DNA of 64,000 nt from Zancudomyces culisetae HAW-14-8 (Eukaryota; Fungi; Kickxellomycota). The position numbers and the translations under genes were made by a program. Positions 12,328-24,870 of the stretch are shown piece after piece. Location: assembly GCA_052426225.1 (NCBI GenBank), contig JBNJNM010000011.1, forward strand, positions 930,001-994,000, written 5' to 3'. The notes under the pieces are model-generated. The model saw nothing but the letters and a program-made list of their open reading frames with translations. It was not told the DNA's origin and did no database searches. Each line of letters opens with the position of its first letter. The first letter of the stretch is position 1.

Positions 12328-13537
12328 TCTGCACTATTGCTGCTTTTTACGTTGCTTTCTATTAGTTCACTTTATTTTATGCTGAATATTAATCCTATTC
12401 TTTAACCTTTTATACCTATCTGCTTTTTACTTTCTCAAACCAAGACTTGTACTTATTTATTATTGCTTTGCAACATTTTTTACAATTGATAGTCTTTTTA
12501 TATACATGATTCAAGCTATAAAAAAAATTTTTTTATTTTTGGATCAAAATCAGACTGATAAAAAAAATCACCTGGTACTTGGAAGGTTTAATTACGTAAT
12601 TCACCAGAGCAAAAGTGACCACGCATAAGCATGTTTGTCAAGGACGTAAACCAGTGAAAGTTCAGAGTATTTCAATCCAACTCACAATGATCTCAGTGAA
12701 GTCGTTATATATGTCTATCGAGCATATTAACTCATTTACATCTCTACAACTTGAATTTGACTCACAAAAAGATACCTGTTGAAGCTTTTAGTGTAGATTT
12801 CCTCATTATTTTTAGACGACTTTTGCAATCGATGACTTTCTTGGCAAAGCTTGATTAATTTCAACTGAGAGAAATCAGGATAGTGATGATTGCACATTCT
12901 ATGTATGGCTCTAGTGTTTTATTGCCATGTAATTAAAAATATAGGTTTATATATCCGATTGGTAGTAGTAGTAGTAGTGGGTTTAAGCGCTTAATAGTTG
13001 TTCCCTTAACAAGTTTAGTACTGTAAACTATTGCATGTATGTGAATTCTGCCATTAATGTAGATCATAAATTTCGGTTGCATGATTACTAGCTAATGTAA
13101 ATAGTACGAGTTTTCAAGTGGAAAGGCCAAGGTTCAGCTCGAAAAGGCATACCTTAGCCTTATCTTGCTCAAGTAACATACCAGTACACGATTTATATTG
13201 TGCTTCTCCAAATGAAATTATATTACCTGTCTAACATAGATGGAAAAAAAGTCATATCAGAGCAGGAAAGGGAAAAGAGCTTATAAAATGCTTAGAAAAT
13301 ATTGCAAAGCATATCCAACTTAATACATTTGAAGCTGTTTTTTTTTGGCATAAATATTGAGACAAGTTAAATAATTGGAAAGAACATGATTTATTACATT
13401 GTTGCCATAATGATTGAATATAAATAACTACCCATATCCCCTTCCCTTCCTTACAAAAAAAACAAGGACAAACAGTATTTAAAATAAAAACCACAACTTT
13501 CTATAATAAAAAAAGAAACTGCAATACTTAAAGAAAA

Positions 13538-13855
13538 ATGAATAAGTGTGTGTTAACATTGGTGCTAGCTGTATTTGTCGCTGGAAAGGCAAAGGGTTTT
13601 CAGAAGAGTGCAGATACTGATAGAGTATCTCAGAAAAATGAACCCCAGCCTGCGCAAGCCTATAAAATTATGGAAGAAAGAAGAAATACGGATTTTGATA
13701 TTGTAAAAACAGATATACTCGAAGAATTAAACAGAAAAACAGACACAGAGTCGTTAATTATCACAGAGGATATGAACTCCGCATCCATGGATCATGTGCA
13801 CGAAGAAAATATTGCTGCGTCTATTGGTGGTGTTGAAAACACAATGTTAGTATAG
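13538..13855 (+). CDS. Small secreted hypothetical protein (105 aa)
   Basis: AAAAATG start context; signal peptide MNKCVLTLVLAVFVAGKAKG; acidic hydrophilic mature part; no family recognised. Confidence 0.6.
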   Translation: MNKCVLTLVLAVFVAGKAKGFQKSADTDRVSQKNEPQPAQAYKIMEERRNTDFDIVKTDILEELNRKTDTESLIITEDMNSASMDHVHEENIAASIGGVENTMLV

Positions 13856-14586
13856 CTATGGAGGTTATTTTGGATGAGCTTTTTAGATTTGTGTTCAAGC
13901 AGAGAGCAATAGTACTCTATAAAAACGGGACATTATTTGTGTTAAGTCACAGAGCGAAATATACCAAGTAAAATGATACCAAGAATAGATTTTACATACG
14001 AATGCCTTTTCCACTGGTTGCGTTGCCGCTTTGTTTTAAGTTATACATACCTTCTACCTGTTTTATTCTGTTTTACCTGACATATCTTTTATTGTTTGGG
14101 TTAACAACGCAAAAAAAAAAACTTTCAATGAACAGTTTAATAGAGCGTTGCGATTAATAAAGTTTATATAAATTGTCTGTTCTGAACTAGGTAAGTTGGT
14201 TTCTTCTGTTCTAAGGGCAAAAATCGTAGATGTAAAACATTCTTATTATGTATGGGGCTCACAATGCTAATTTTGCATATAATGGATGTTCTGCTTTTAC
14301 CCTAGCGCACCAGTTGCATGCAGCTTCCACCAAAAAAGGTTTGTATCATGTGATTCAAGTCATAAATGAAAGTACACCTAAAAATGATGGTGAGAAAAAA
14401 ACGAACAAATCATAATTGAACTAGATAAATTGCATTGGTGTGAGTTTGTTATTTTTTTTTATATAAAAGCGAGAAATGCTAATTTTCAACAGTTGGTGGA
14501 TTTGGAGGCCAAACTCTTTTTTTTATAATTCAACCATTAAAATCAATTAATGATAGTTGCATGTAAAAAAGTAAAAGCCGTGGAAA

Positions 14587-16818
14587 ATGAGCAAGTGTGA
14601 AAGGTGCAGGAAGGAACTGAAAATTGACAAGTCCCTAATTACAATAAGCGAAAGTGAAACAGAAAGAATAAACGCGTTACTTTCATCTTTGGATAAGGAA
14701 TGTGTAATGAGTGAAGAATCCAGGAGCGGAAAGATCGAAAGTTCTGAAAAAGATACGAAAAACGCTGCCACAAGTTCTAAGAAAGAAAGAGAAATTAAAA
14801 GAAGGATTGCGAGGAAATTAGACTCTGGGTACAATGAAATTAGAGAGAAGTTTTTGAACGAAATCGAAGAAATGGATAAAAAAATGCTTTACATACAAGA
14901 ATTTGACGAAATTAATGAAAAAGAGAGATACATAATGAAAAAAAGTAAGGATATATCGAAATTATGTAAGGATGCGAGCAAGGATTTTTTGAGACAAGAT
15001 GGGTCAAATGAAATTAACAAAATCTCCGATAAATATGGACTCAAAGGGTTAGGACTTGGGAATGAACTCGAGGGCCAAGGATTGAGTTCAAACTTTGGTA
15101 AAAAGGCATCCATTTCTCATGAGGAAGAATCCAAACAGAATAATCAAAGAGTAAAGAGCACTACTGATGGGGAAGGCGACGTAAACGACGAGTCCCAGGA
15201 TATTCGTGATTCTTTTATAGTCTTAAGCAAATCCAGTACAGATTTTGCTGAGACTGGGAGCGATAAGGAACAAAGTAAAAAGTACAAGATTATCGATACG
15301 GAAAAAATGGGAATCGAGAAAGATGTAACTAAGGTCAATGAAGCGAACAACGGAGGCGCAAACACTAGCAAAAAAGTAGTGACGCTCCAACAGTCTAGTA
15401 CGAATGGTGGTACACTGGAAAATAGGCAATCTGGTAGAAGATGTATATATGATGACTCAAGCCAGTTACATAGTCAGGATTCATTAGGTGATGCAAACAA
15501 GGTGGGAGATCAAAGTCATGAGCGAATTGGACGAGCACTTGAAAATTCATTCAAAAAGTTTAACAAACTATGCGAGCTTGTCAAGGGAAAGTCAGAATTA
15601 CCTCATCCACTTTGCATAGATTGTAGTGAGGAGCTTATGATTCTAATGGAACGCTTAGTTAGTGACAGTATTGAAGAATACAGCGAATATGCCGAGCTTC
15701 TGCTGGAAATGGAAAAAAATGATATAATGTCGGGAGTCGATGAAGATGAGCAGGTGGAAAGTATGGAAAAGGAGTATAATGAGCTCAAAAAACAACACGC
15801 AAATCTTCAAAAAGAATCAGAAAGCCTGGACTCGCATCTAAACAAGCTCATGGGGAAGATCGATGAATTGGAGTATGAAAATACGGTGATATTGGCTAGA
15901 GAAAAACTCGCACTAGACAAAGAGAAAAATGAATTTGAGACAAGACTTGAACAACTGAACGAAGAGCTTTTAGCAACTGTAGATAACTATGAGAAAGCCA
16001 GAACTAAGCTGAACGAGTTGCAGCAAACAAATGTGTATAACGACCTATTTTCCATAAAGTTTGAACTGGGGAGTAATCATGTAGTGGTGGGTACTATCAA
16101 CGGGTTTAGGCTAGGAAGAGTTTCAGTACCAATGAATATAGCTAGATCCAACACACTGAATAGCCCGTTATCAAATAGTGGAGGGTTTGGTACTAGTGAT
16201 GATGGAAATCCGAATCGAAGCATCTCAGTAAATAATGGGGTCGTTAGTTGGAACGAAATAAATGCAGCCTGGGGGCAACTATTGCTACTGCTTGTAACAG
16301 TGGCAAAGAAGTTAAACTACGAATTTAAGGATTATATACTAATCCCAATGGGATCTTATTCCCAAATCAAAAGGGTTTCAGACGATAAGCAGATTCTTGA
16401 ACTTTACGGATCAGGCGATCTTCATTTAGGAAGACTCTTCCAAAATAGGCGGTTTGATATGGCCATGGTTGCATTCTTGGGATGTTTAAAGGAGCTATGT
16501 AAGTTTGTTGAAGTTCATAATAACCCGGGTTTAAGATCAATTTCACCAGCGTCCACCGCTACCAACTCGGGAGTTAATCCGTCTCCAAAGGGATATAGAA
16601 CTTCGTTTTCATCTTCTTTAACCGAAAACCAAACCAGGGCTGTAAGGATGCCATACAAGATCAATGGTGATCTTATAGGAAATGTATCTATAAAGATGCA
16701 GTTCAGTAATGATGAGACATGGACAAAAGCCTTGGTGTACACACTAGTAAATTGTAAATGGTTGTTGGCGTTTGCTTCTAAGTTTTCTATACCAGACTCT
16801 TTTAATTATATGTTCTAG
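14587..16818 (+). CDS. ATG6: Beclin-1/Vps30/Atg6, PI3K complex subunit
   Basis: HPLCIDC, long coiled coil, TNVYNDLF, GTINGFRLG, WNEINAAWGQ, RFDMAMVAFL, WTKAL (BARA domain). Confidence 0.95.
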   Translation: MSKCERCRKELKIDKSLITISESETERINALLSSLDKECVMSEESRSGKIESSEKDTKNAATSSKKEREIKRRIARKLDSGYNEIREKFLNEIEEMDKKMLYIQEFDEINEKERYIMKKSKDISKLCKDASKDFLRQDGSNEINKISDKYGLKGLGLGNELEGQGLSSNFGKKASISHEEESKQNNQRVKSTTDGEGDVNDESQDIRDSFIVLSKSSTDFAETGSDKEQSKKYKIIDTEKMGIEKDVTKVNEANNGGANTSKKVVTLQQSSTNGGTLENRQSGRRCIYDDSSQLHSQDSLGDANKVGDQSHERIGRALENSFKKFNKLCELVKGKSELPHPLCIDCSEELMILMERLVSDSIEEYSEYAELLLEMEKNDIMSGVDEDEQVESMEKEYNELKKQHANLQKESESLDSHLNKLMGKIDELEYENTVILAREKLALDKEKNEFETRLEQLNEELLATVDNYEKARTKLNELQQTNVYNDLFSIKFELGSNHVVVGTINGFRLGRVSVPMNIARSNTLNSPLSNSGGFGTSDDGNPNRSISVNNGVVSWNEINAAWGQLLLLLVTVAKKLNYEFKDYILIPMGSYSQIKRVSDDKQILELYGSGDLHLGRLFQNRRFDMAMVAFLGCLKELCKFVEVHNNPGLRSISPASTATNSGVNPSPKGYRTSFSSSLTENQTRAVRMPYKINGDLIGNVSIKMQFSNDETWTKALVYTLVNCKWLLAFASKFSIPDSFNYMF

Positions 16819-17256
16819 ATTGATTTTATTTACATGAGCATTTTGTTCATGCCACTTTGTATACTGCGCCGATCCATGAATTTACTAATGACACTGTTGC
16901 CCTTTTCTATTTTTTTAATAAACTTGTGTTGTACTTTTATCAGTCATGTTCAAAACATCAAACGAGTCGAATTGATTATCCTGTTCACGTTTAAAACTAT
17001 ACTTTCTTGGTTTATGAGTTTGTGGTTGATATGTAACACCAAAATCTTGTATATGCTCTTTATTAACGCAGTTGTTGTTAAATTTTCATTGCTCTATCAA
17101 ACGAAAATATAGCTAATAACGGCTTAGTTATAGAAAACCAATAGTAGCAAATGATATTGGTAATATTTTTTTGAAACAAAAATAAAAGAAATAAAGGTGG
17201 TGAGAACAAACATATATACGAACGCATTCGTTCGGTAAATAAAATGGTAATAACAC

Positions 17257-18765
17257 TTATGCTTTACAGTAGGCATGTGAGTTCAATAAAGCCAAAGAGG
17301 CTCCTAAACACCAGCCGGTTTCTATTCCATTGATCTTTCGGGTAGTTTTCAAATCCCTTTGGTCAGATACCCCAATTCCGTGTTTCAACAGAGTATAGAT
17401 GTATGTCAAATCAAGACAATAGAAATCGCTGCTTTCAACTGCAGATTTGTGTTTTGAATCGGAAAACAAGTCCAAATCATGTCTACAAACTCGCTCTGCT
17501 ACATTTTTTATGTCTGAGAGCTTAAATTGGTCAGAAACACCCAAAGGCGTCAAGAGATCATAAAAGTAGGAGAATACGTAGAACGGGTTTTGGGCAAATG
17601 TCTGCTCAAAATTAGGCTGGTAGACACCATCAAACGCACATGGCTTGATTGTACACTCCTTTTGAACATTTAGGATCGATCTGGCAACATTTAGGCAGGT
17701 TTCGAACCCATTAGTGGTATTGGCTCCACCAATTATATTTATTTCGTTACGGTGCTTCTTGGAGTCTACTTTTTTCTCAAATTTTTTCGGGAAGCAAGGA
17801 TGGCTAACCTTCATTCCTTCGGATATATCCGTGGAATCCGCAATATGCGCAAGCATCTTTTTACGCGACTCCATTAGTCCGTATCCCAAATATGAGTTTT
17901 GATATATATCGTATGACTTCTCACCATAACCAAAGCTATGTTTGTGATCACCCTGATGCATTCCTGTATGCTTTTCTTGAGTATTACTATCCTTTTCTCC
18001 AAAAAGCGGTTCAAAAACTATTTGTGCAGAGCCTCCACCCAGATCAAGTGTGCCTGCAGTTCTGACTTGCGCTCCGCCAAGTAGTCCCAAGAGATAGTTT
18101 ACTGTTATCCAAGCAAAAACTCCCTCATCACGTCCGTCCATCACTGATACTGGCGTCTCTTCTTTAGCTATGACGAACGGATATTTGGAACTCAAACGCG
18201 CTTCAATGGCCTGCAAGATAGCTTTGCTTTTAGCTTCTCCCAGCAGTCTTAACCCTGCTGTCGCTTTAACAGAGACAGGTGTGCAATTGTATAGATGTTT
18301 TGGAACGTTTTTCAATGCAGTGTCCATCAACTTGTCTAAACTTGCCGCAGCACCCTCTGCATCCCCATCAAATGAAGACAACCCCGGTTTGGTTTCTTCA
18401 AAGACTTCGTCTTCAAGCTCCGGTTGAGTTTTGCAATAATTGAATTTATAAACATGGATTCGTGAGCCCGTCGAGCCCGCATCAAGCATCAATACGTACT
18501 GAACTAGTGGTCGACCAGGTGTAGGCATGTCGCAATGCTTGGAACTGACCAGTGTCTTTTCTCTCACACTTTCGCGTGTAGAAAGTAGAAACATAAGATA
18601 TGTTATGGCCAATAGAATTGCCAAGATTCCGGGCATTCTGATGCATTTTCTTGTAAAAATGGCTCTCCTTCTGTTCTTTTTATATGCGATACTGTTGGTA
18701 CTTCCATCAAGTACAGAGTACCCATCTCCGAAAAGGCGGTCTCCGAACTTTTTGATCGATTCCAT
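17257..18765 (-). CDS. GDA1: Golgi guanosine diphosphatase (GDA1/CD39 family)
   Basis: N-terminal type II TM helix; apyrase conserved regions DAGSTGSR, KATAGLR, EGVFAWITVNY, DLGGGS, GWCLGA. Confidence 0.93.
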   Translation of the reverse strand: MESIKKFGDRLFGDGYSVLDGSTNSIAYKKNRRRAIFTRKCIRMPGILAILLAITYLMFLLSTRESVREKTLVSSKHCDMPTPGRPLVQYVLMLDAGSTGSRIHVYKFNYCKTQPELEDEVFEETKPGLSSFDGDAEGAAASLDKLMDTALKNVPKHLYNCTPVSVKATAGLRLLGEAKSKAILQAIEARLSSKYPFVIAKEETPVSVMDGRDEGVFAWITVNYLLGLLGGAQVRTAGTLDLGGGSAQIVFEPLFGEKDSNTQEKHTGMHQGDHKHSFGYGEKSYDIYQNSYLGYGLMESRKKMLAHIADSTDISEGMKVSHPCFPKKFEKKVDSKKHRNEINIIGGANTTNGFETCLNVARSILNVQKECTIKPCAFDGVYQPNFEQTFAQNPFYVFSYFYDLLTPLGVSDQFKLSDIKNVAERVCRHDLDLFSDSKHKSAVESSDFYCLDLTYIYTLLKHGIGVSDQRDLKTTRKINGIETGWCLGASLALLNSHAYCKA

Positions 18766-20600
18766 CTTTGATCCCGTGTTTTTTTCCCCTTCTTTCCTTC
18801 AGCTTCTGATGCTTCCAAATATTTACAAATTTATATTATTTAACTGCAAAGTCGTTATAACGGAGTGCCTGGTAGAGTGCAATGTGCAGTGATGAACCCT
18901 AAATAGTAATAAAAAATGGCCTAATGCGTAGATGTCAAATGCAAATTTCACTCCTTGTATCGCACTTTGCTAGTTTATGAGTTTTAGTTGAGCAAGAAAA
19001 TTTTTACTGCTGAGGATGCTGTTTCGGTTGTTTGAAATTTATACTGAAAAGTTTAGTAGATAATGTTCGAGTTTTTTAAAGTTCCCAACATAATTGTAAA
19101 ACAGGTTTATAAAACTATTGGATGTGATTTACATTAGCCAATAGATATAAGCATTTTTTACGCTTACCTAATGTTTTGAAATACACGTAAAGTAAAATAT
19201 GATAAAAGGCTAATTCGTAAAAACCATAGGCTAGTAAATTTAAATGAAAATAATTAAAGCCGATTATTTGTAAGCGAAATTGGTTAATTTGTTCGATTTA
19301 CAAAGTGAAATAGTACAGTAATAAAATCGCTTTTCAGAAAGCCTCCGCATCTTCGTCTGCTACTCTTCGCAAACTAGCAGCAGTGAAGGCCTGATTTTCA
19401 CCAAGCAAACAAGACCGTGGTGGAGGGATAGTGTTTGTAATGGATAAGGGTATGTTGCCACAAAACACTATGTATTTGGTAAGCTAGGTACTGGGCATCT
19501 AATTTCTCTGCAATCATTTTTATTGGTGAATCAAAGGTATGTGAAATGGATGCATTTAAATGTGCATCAGACCCCCTCCCCCTCCCCAGCGTTCACATAA
19601 GTAACAGACATAGAGAAAGTTGAACTATAAAAGCAGCCTATTGGCAAAGGTATATAAAAAGAATCCCTTCTTGGTTAGCTTCAGTTGCACACTGGTGGGG
19701 CTATCACAATTAATAGATTTCGATAGTCCAGATATGATATATAGCAGCCTTTGTGGCGCTCGGTTTAAATGTATAGAATGAGATGAGATGTTATGCGTGT
19801 TGATTAATGAGTATATCAATAAAACACCGTCTAGTTGGATAACTGTTCTCAAAAAAAAAAAACGACTGACAGGCTTCCTTTTGAAAAGTAGGAGCAAAGT
19901 ACACACAATTCCAGGAATAAGATAATTTAATATTAGCACTTCTGCTCTTAGTAGTGCTGTTGTTTTCTATAAGCACAAGTACAATTTTCATGATGTCCTG
20001 GGTGGATGATTTAAATAAATATATAACCCCAAGTACACACCCACAAACACTTTGCTTTGTCAAATTAAAGCGTGTTCGATTTGATAGTATCCTGTTGCAA
20101 TACTGGGGGAAAAAATTATTACATGTGCTAGTAGTAATGCCTACTTTTTATGAAAAGGTCGATCAGCCTAACGTGAACCAAAAGTCTCAAAGAGTTTGGT
20201 TTATTTTATACGGTATTATAACATATCACAAGAACCAGAGAAAATGTGAAAGCTAGGGTATGCAAAAAGCTCCAAACTCTATTAAGGTGAAATGTAGTGG
20301 ATGCTCAATAAAACGATGTGGTTTACGCAATGTACATTTAAAGCAAGGCTATCTTTTACAGCTCTATAACTTATTGTCATCTCCTTTTGTATGCACACCA
20401 CTTTGAATCACACATCTGTTCTCAAGTGGTAATCTATGTTACCAATAGATCTTGCCTAAATAGCATTGAAAATTGGTGAAAACAGGCATGAAAGATTAGT
20501 TCATTAATCAGATTTCCAATCTGCACAGAATGAGTATTTGATAAAAATATTTAAAAAAGTAAAATCATTACCCTAGAATACGATTGTTGTAAGAATAATG

Positions 20601-20792
20601 CTAGATACCCTTCTCTATGACATCCACTTTTTGCATACTAACCTCCTCATCTTGATCCATGTAGTTTAGTTTAGATCCGCTACAGGGGAGAATTGACGGA
20701 GCACCCACCGAAAATACAATTGTAAATACACCAAGATACAGTAGCCTGTTCGTTATCTTGTGCTTCTGGGATGCTGTTAGTGATCGAAACAT
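20601..20792 (-). CDS. COA2: Coa2-like cytochrome c oxidase assembly factor (63 aa)
   Basis: KHKITNRLLYLGVFTIVFSVGAPSILPC resembles yeast Coa2 as I recall it (RNKIVNNLYFSTFLIAFASVAIGSVLPC); similar size; single hydrophobic segment ending in LPC. Confidence 0.6.
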   Translation of the reverse strand: MFRSLTASQKHKITNRLLYLGVFTIVFSVGAPSILPCSGSKLNYMDQDEEVSMQKVDVIEKGI

Positions 20793-23700
20793 TATTTAAA
20801 GAATGTTAGCATATTTGATTCGAAATCCCTCCGAAAAAAAAATAATTTATCTGAATTGTTATGTTGGGTGTATCTTTGAAAACTTTGTAAAGTTTAGTGC
20901 CATTTTTTAACCTCCAAAAAAAAAATGATAACGTTCAAAAAAAATAAAAGATAAAAAATAAAAAAATATCAAATCCTAAATGGTGATTTGCTTGCAGATA
21001 GCCATCCCCAAGTCACCTTTTTACATGAACTCATTACCCAAAACTTAAAACTGGCCATTTTACCTTTTGCAAGTTTTTTTTTTTGAAGTTCAAGGTAAAC
21101 CGTTAGTAAAAGCAACAAAAACCTATTCGCCTTCTATTCCCAAAATATGCTGCTCCTTTTTAATTTGCCCTCGACATTTCAATATTTCTCCCCAAGCGCT
21201 ACTGGAAATCATAATTAACCAACATCTGTCAAGCAAATTTTTACATCCAAGTTAAAGTCAAAACAAATCCCGGTGAATGTACAATACAAACAATCTTGGG
21301 CATGTTTGTACGCAACTAAGTGAAAAAGCTGACAAATTGACGTCATTAAGCTGATTCTCGACAAAAATACAGTCATTTAAATACAGTCCTGGTGTACTGC
21401 TAAGAGAAAAGACAAAGGTGACACGGTACTAAAACATATCTAGTACCACATAATATCTCTGTATCTCCATCTCAAAATGTGGCACTTGGTTAGTTGATGG
21501 TTATATATTTCCCAACCATTATTTTATTCCATAAACTACCATTAACATTAACACAAGAATCAACATTATCATTTTCCTCCCTTTCGTTTGTTCATCTAAT
21601 GTTGACTATATTTGATGCTTTTTTTTTACTATACCTTGACTAATTGTACAGGGATTAATTGGTGAAAAAAAAGTAAAATAAAACACCAGGAAAATCACAG
21701 TTCTTGTACGCTAATGGCGAATTTATTCCTGATTTGATTCGCATCACCATGAATTTGTCTATGATAATGTCTGTATATGTGTCTCATTTGCTATGAAAAA
21801 AAATAATCGTAAATACATACTCATTCTTTTCCATAACAGATGTCGGAGGGTGTACTGTCCACTGAATTAGATATACTAGACTGTACTGATTACGGAAAAG
21901 TGGTGCATCTTGCTCATAAAGAATTCGAAATAAATTTATTATACAATCAGATAATACAATTTTTTTAAAGCGAGGTTTTCACTTACAACTTAACTTGGTC
22001 AAAACCAGTTTATTTTATTTGAACCGATTATTATGTGTCCGCAAATAAAAAAACTTGTCACATTCAGCATCGATGGTCAATAATGTGGTAATATTGACGT
22101 AGATGTATAGGCAGCGGGTAGTCTACCACATTCTTGTTTTTTTTGTGTGAAGCTGGCAAAGGTTCAAGTATTCAAAACTAGTTGTTTTCATATGGTACAA
22201 TACACTACAGTGTGTGTAATCGTCTAGTAGCTTTTTTTCCCATATCCTTTTTTCCATATGTTTTATTGTGTGACAACAGAAAAAACTAAATATATTCATG
22301 ATCAACGGAATAGACGTTACACACAACACATCTAAATCCAGCTGTTGCGAGGGTTTTTCCAACCTAGAGCTGTTGTTATAGATAGAAAGTCTAGGCTCTT
22401 GTAAACACAATATGGTCAATACTCTTTTTTTAGGATCATAAAAGATGACATAACACGGGCATTTAGTTTTTTCATTTTACCTTTTACAGCTGTATTTGTA
22501 TCTTATAGTTTAATTACACGTTTCATACCACCTCCTCCCCCAAAAGGGTAATATTTTTTTGCAGAGTATTAGTGCACAAATAAATTAGATGTGATGCTTT
22601 AGAGAACTCTATCCAAATAAGAGCGTTTGGATACATCTCAAAAAATTCGCTGCTAAAATTACTTTTTCGCCTTTGGTTGTTGGGTGCTTTTCCATTAAAA
22701 ATGTGCTGTTATCAGTGGAATCCATACATTCGTAAATTGGTTTTTCCTAATTGTTTACTACTCAAAGAAAATAGTCCTACCATGCATGTCATATATTGAT
22801 GTACAATACACACAAATAAAATAAAATTTCAAACCATTTATTAAAGCTAAATTGTCACCAACACCAATTGCTGGTTTTTTCTAATTAGGGCTAAATATTT
22901 TTGACCAATTTGGGGTAAATTTATTGATTAGCAAATCCACAACCATTTTAGTGTTAAACTGTTTGTACACATACAAAATGCACAAAAAAGGCCGCTATAG
23001 ATGTTCAAATCTAGTTTATCTCCATCAATAAGCGGAAGTTAGTATAATTGGCTAAAGCTGATTTATAGTCTATTCCATTATAAAATTTTTTTTTGATGAG
23101 TTATTAAAAAATTATCCATAAAACCTGTTCCTATAACAACGAATTCAATTTGCAGTTAAAAGCGTTATAACTAAATTCGCTCATAATTATGCTACACTAC
23201 CCAATTAGGAAATTGCCAACTACAATATTAATACATCATATTGCTAATTTAAAACTAATCTGTATAAACATTAGCTAAATTTTTCAAGCATCAGAAATAG
23301 GAGCCGGTAAAAGACAACTAAAAACGGGGCTTGATTAATAAGAACCTAGGATTTACATTCACAAATAAATATATAATGTAATCTAGTGTTGTGACATCAT
23401 ACGTGAAGTCAAGTTAAAATGTAATGCCGCAAATGCTTGCCTCCAAGATAAAAAAGAACCTTTGCAAATTACCAAATACACCAACTGTTGTTCCATCTCT
23501 AGAGTATTACTGACAGCTCACCATTTTTTTAAAAAACTATTGCAGTGGAATTAAGAAAATCTTGACAAATGATAAATTATAAATTTCTCACGTGTAACTA
23601 TGAACTGTAAAAGGGGAAAGAATAGGGTAAAAAAGTAACAAACACCATTGGTGCTATTTACATGTTAGCAATGAAATTTGTTCCATACTAACAAATCACC

Positions 23701-23965
23701 ATTATGAATAAAGAAAGGCACAAGAGTCGATGAAAAACAAGTCCATTTTAATATTGCAGGATTATCAAACACACGGATACACCGAATTAAAGTACTCTAG
23801 CAAAACATTATTTGAACAATCAGTATTTTCAAGACTTAATTGGATGGTGAACACCTGTATAAAATTGAATGAGCATTTTATAATGTTTTGGCTTTAGTAC
23901 GGGCCCCCAAAGATAAGATTCAGCTCTTTCCGAAAAAGTAAGTGGTCAAGAGTATTTGCCTACGA

Positions 23966-24061
23966 GAGAGGGGAGAAGAAGGAGGAAAAGGAGAAGGACA
24001 AAAATAAGGAGAAAAAGGAGAAAAAGGAGAAAAAGGAGAAAAAGAAGGAGAAAAAGGGGGG
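23966..24061 (+). repeat. Polypurine tract with (AAAAAGGAG)n units
   Basis: Direct reading: agaaaaaggag aaaaaggag aaaaaggag... Confidence 0.85.
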
Positions 24062-24629
24062 TGGATACATTTTTTTTTTGTTTTTCTGTACATATGACAC
24101 TTCACATCCAGTTATTCACAGCTCTTTCCTCACCTTATTTTGTACAATTGCACAAAATTATCAACCTATCATTAAATAATACATTTAAAGAATATATGAA
24201 GATATTTTACGCTTGTACATGAAATCAAATGTTATTGAGAACATTTAAGCAATTAATAAACATTACTCAACTTTAAAGGGAAATCTTTGATATGGGATTT
24301 GCAAACACTCAGTTCAATACCAGATTGTATTAACCACACTGTCAAATGTGCGACAAAGCCCAACTATACGTCTCTATCTCACTTTACCTGAAATGGTAGT
24401 TACAGCTACAGAATATAAGCTATAATTTTTACTTGCCTATATCGGTAATATTTTGCTAAATTTAACTCAAAGCCCAGCTTTTAATGCAATGTATTCTTTT
24501 TGATTTTCACAACCGGATCGCTTTGACTATAACAGTGAAAAAAATCACTAAAGTGTAAAATCATACTCTTTTGTGTAGATGAGTGTGTACCACTCTATTT
24601 TTTATCCGAGTCCATGAAAAGGGATAAGT

Positions 24630-24870
24630 AAACAAACAAACAAACAAACAAAAAAAACAATATTCAAACAAACAGAAAACTATTTCAACAAACAAGAGTC
24701 AAACAAGAGTCAAACAAGAGTCAAACAAGAGTCAAACAAACAAGCACCTATACCAACACACAAGAGCCAAACAAACAAGCACCTATACCAACACACAAGA
24801 GCCAAACAAACAAGCATTCATACCAACAAACAAGAGCCAAAAAAACAAGCACCTAGATGAACAAACAAAC
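24630..24870. repeat. Compound minisatellite: (AAAC)n, 11-bp AAACAAGAGTC x4, 35-bp unit x4
   Basis: 11-mers at 24690-24733; 35-mers CAAGAGYCAAACAAACAAGCACCTATACCAACACA at 24726, 24761, 24796 and 24831, degenerating rightwards. Confidence 0.9.

Noticed and set aside
21840-21968. 42-codon open frame after an acceptor-like TAACAG
   Set aside because: No recognisable domain and no partner exons; cannot be supported.
22298-22381. Short ORF MINGIDVTH..., reminiscent of the Argonaute PIWI GxDVxH motif
   Set aside because: It stops after ~27 codons, and no other PIWI motifs are found in any frame.
23920-24222. Arg/Lys-rich (protamine-like) and Pro/Ser/Phe ORFs
   Set aside because: They are translations of a polypurine repeat; the + ORF has no ATG start.
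24690-24865. 35-bp repeats as a CRISPR array
   Set aside because: Head-to-tail tandem units without spacers, no cas genes, eukaryotic context.
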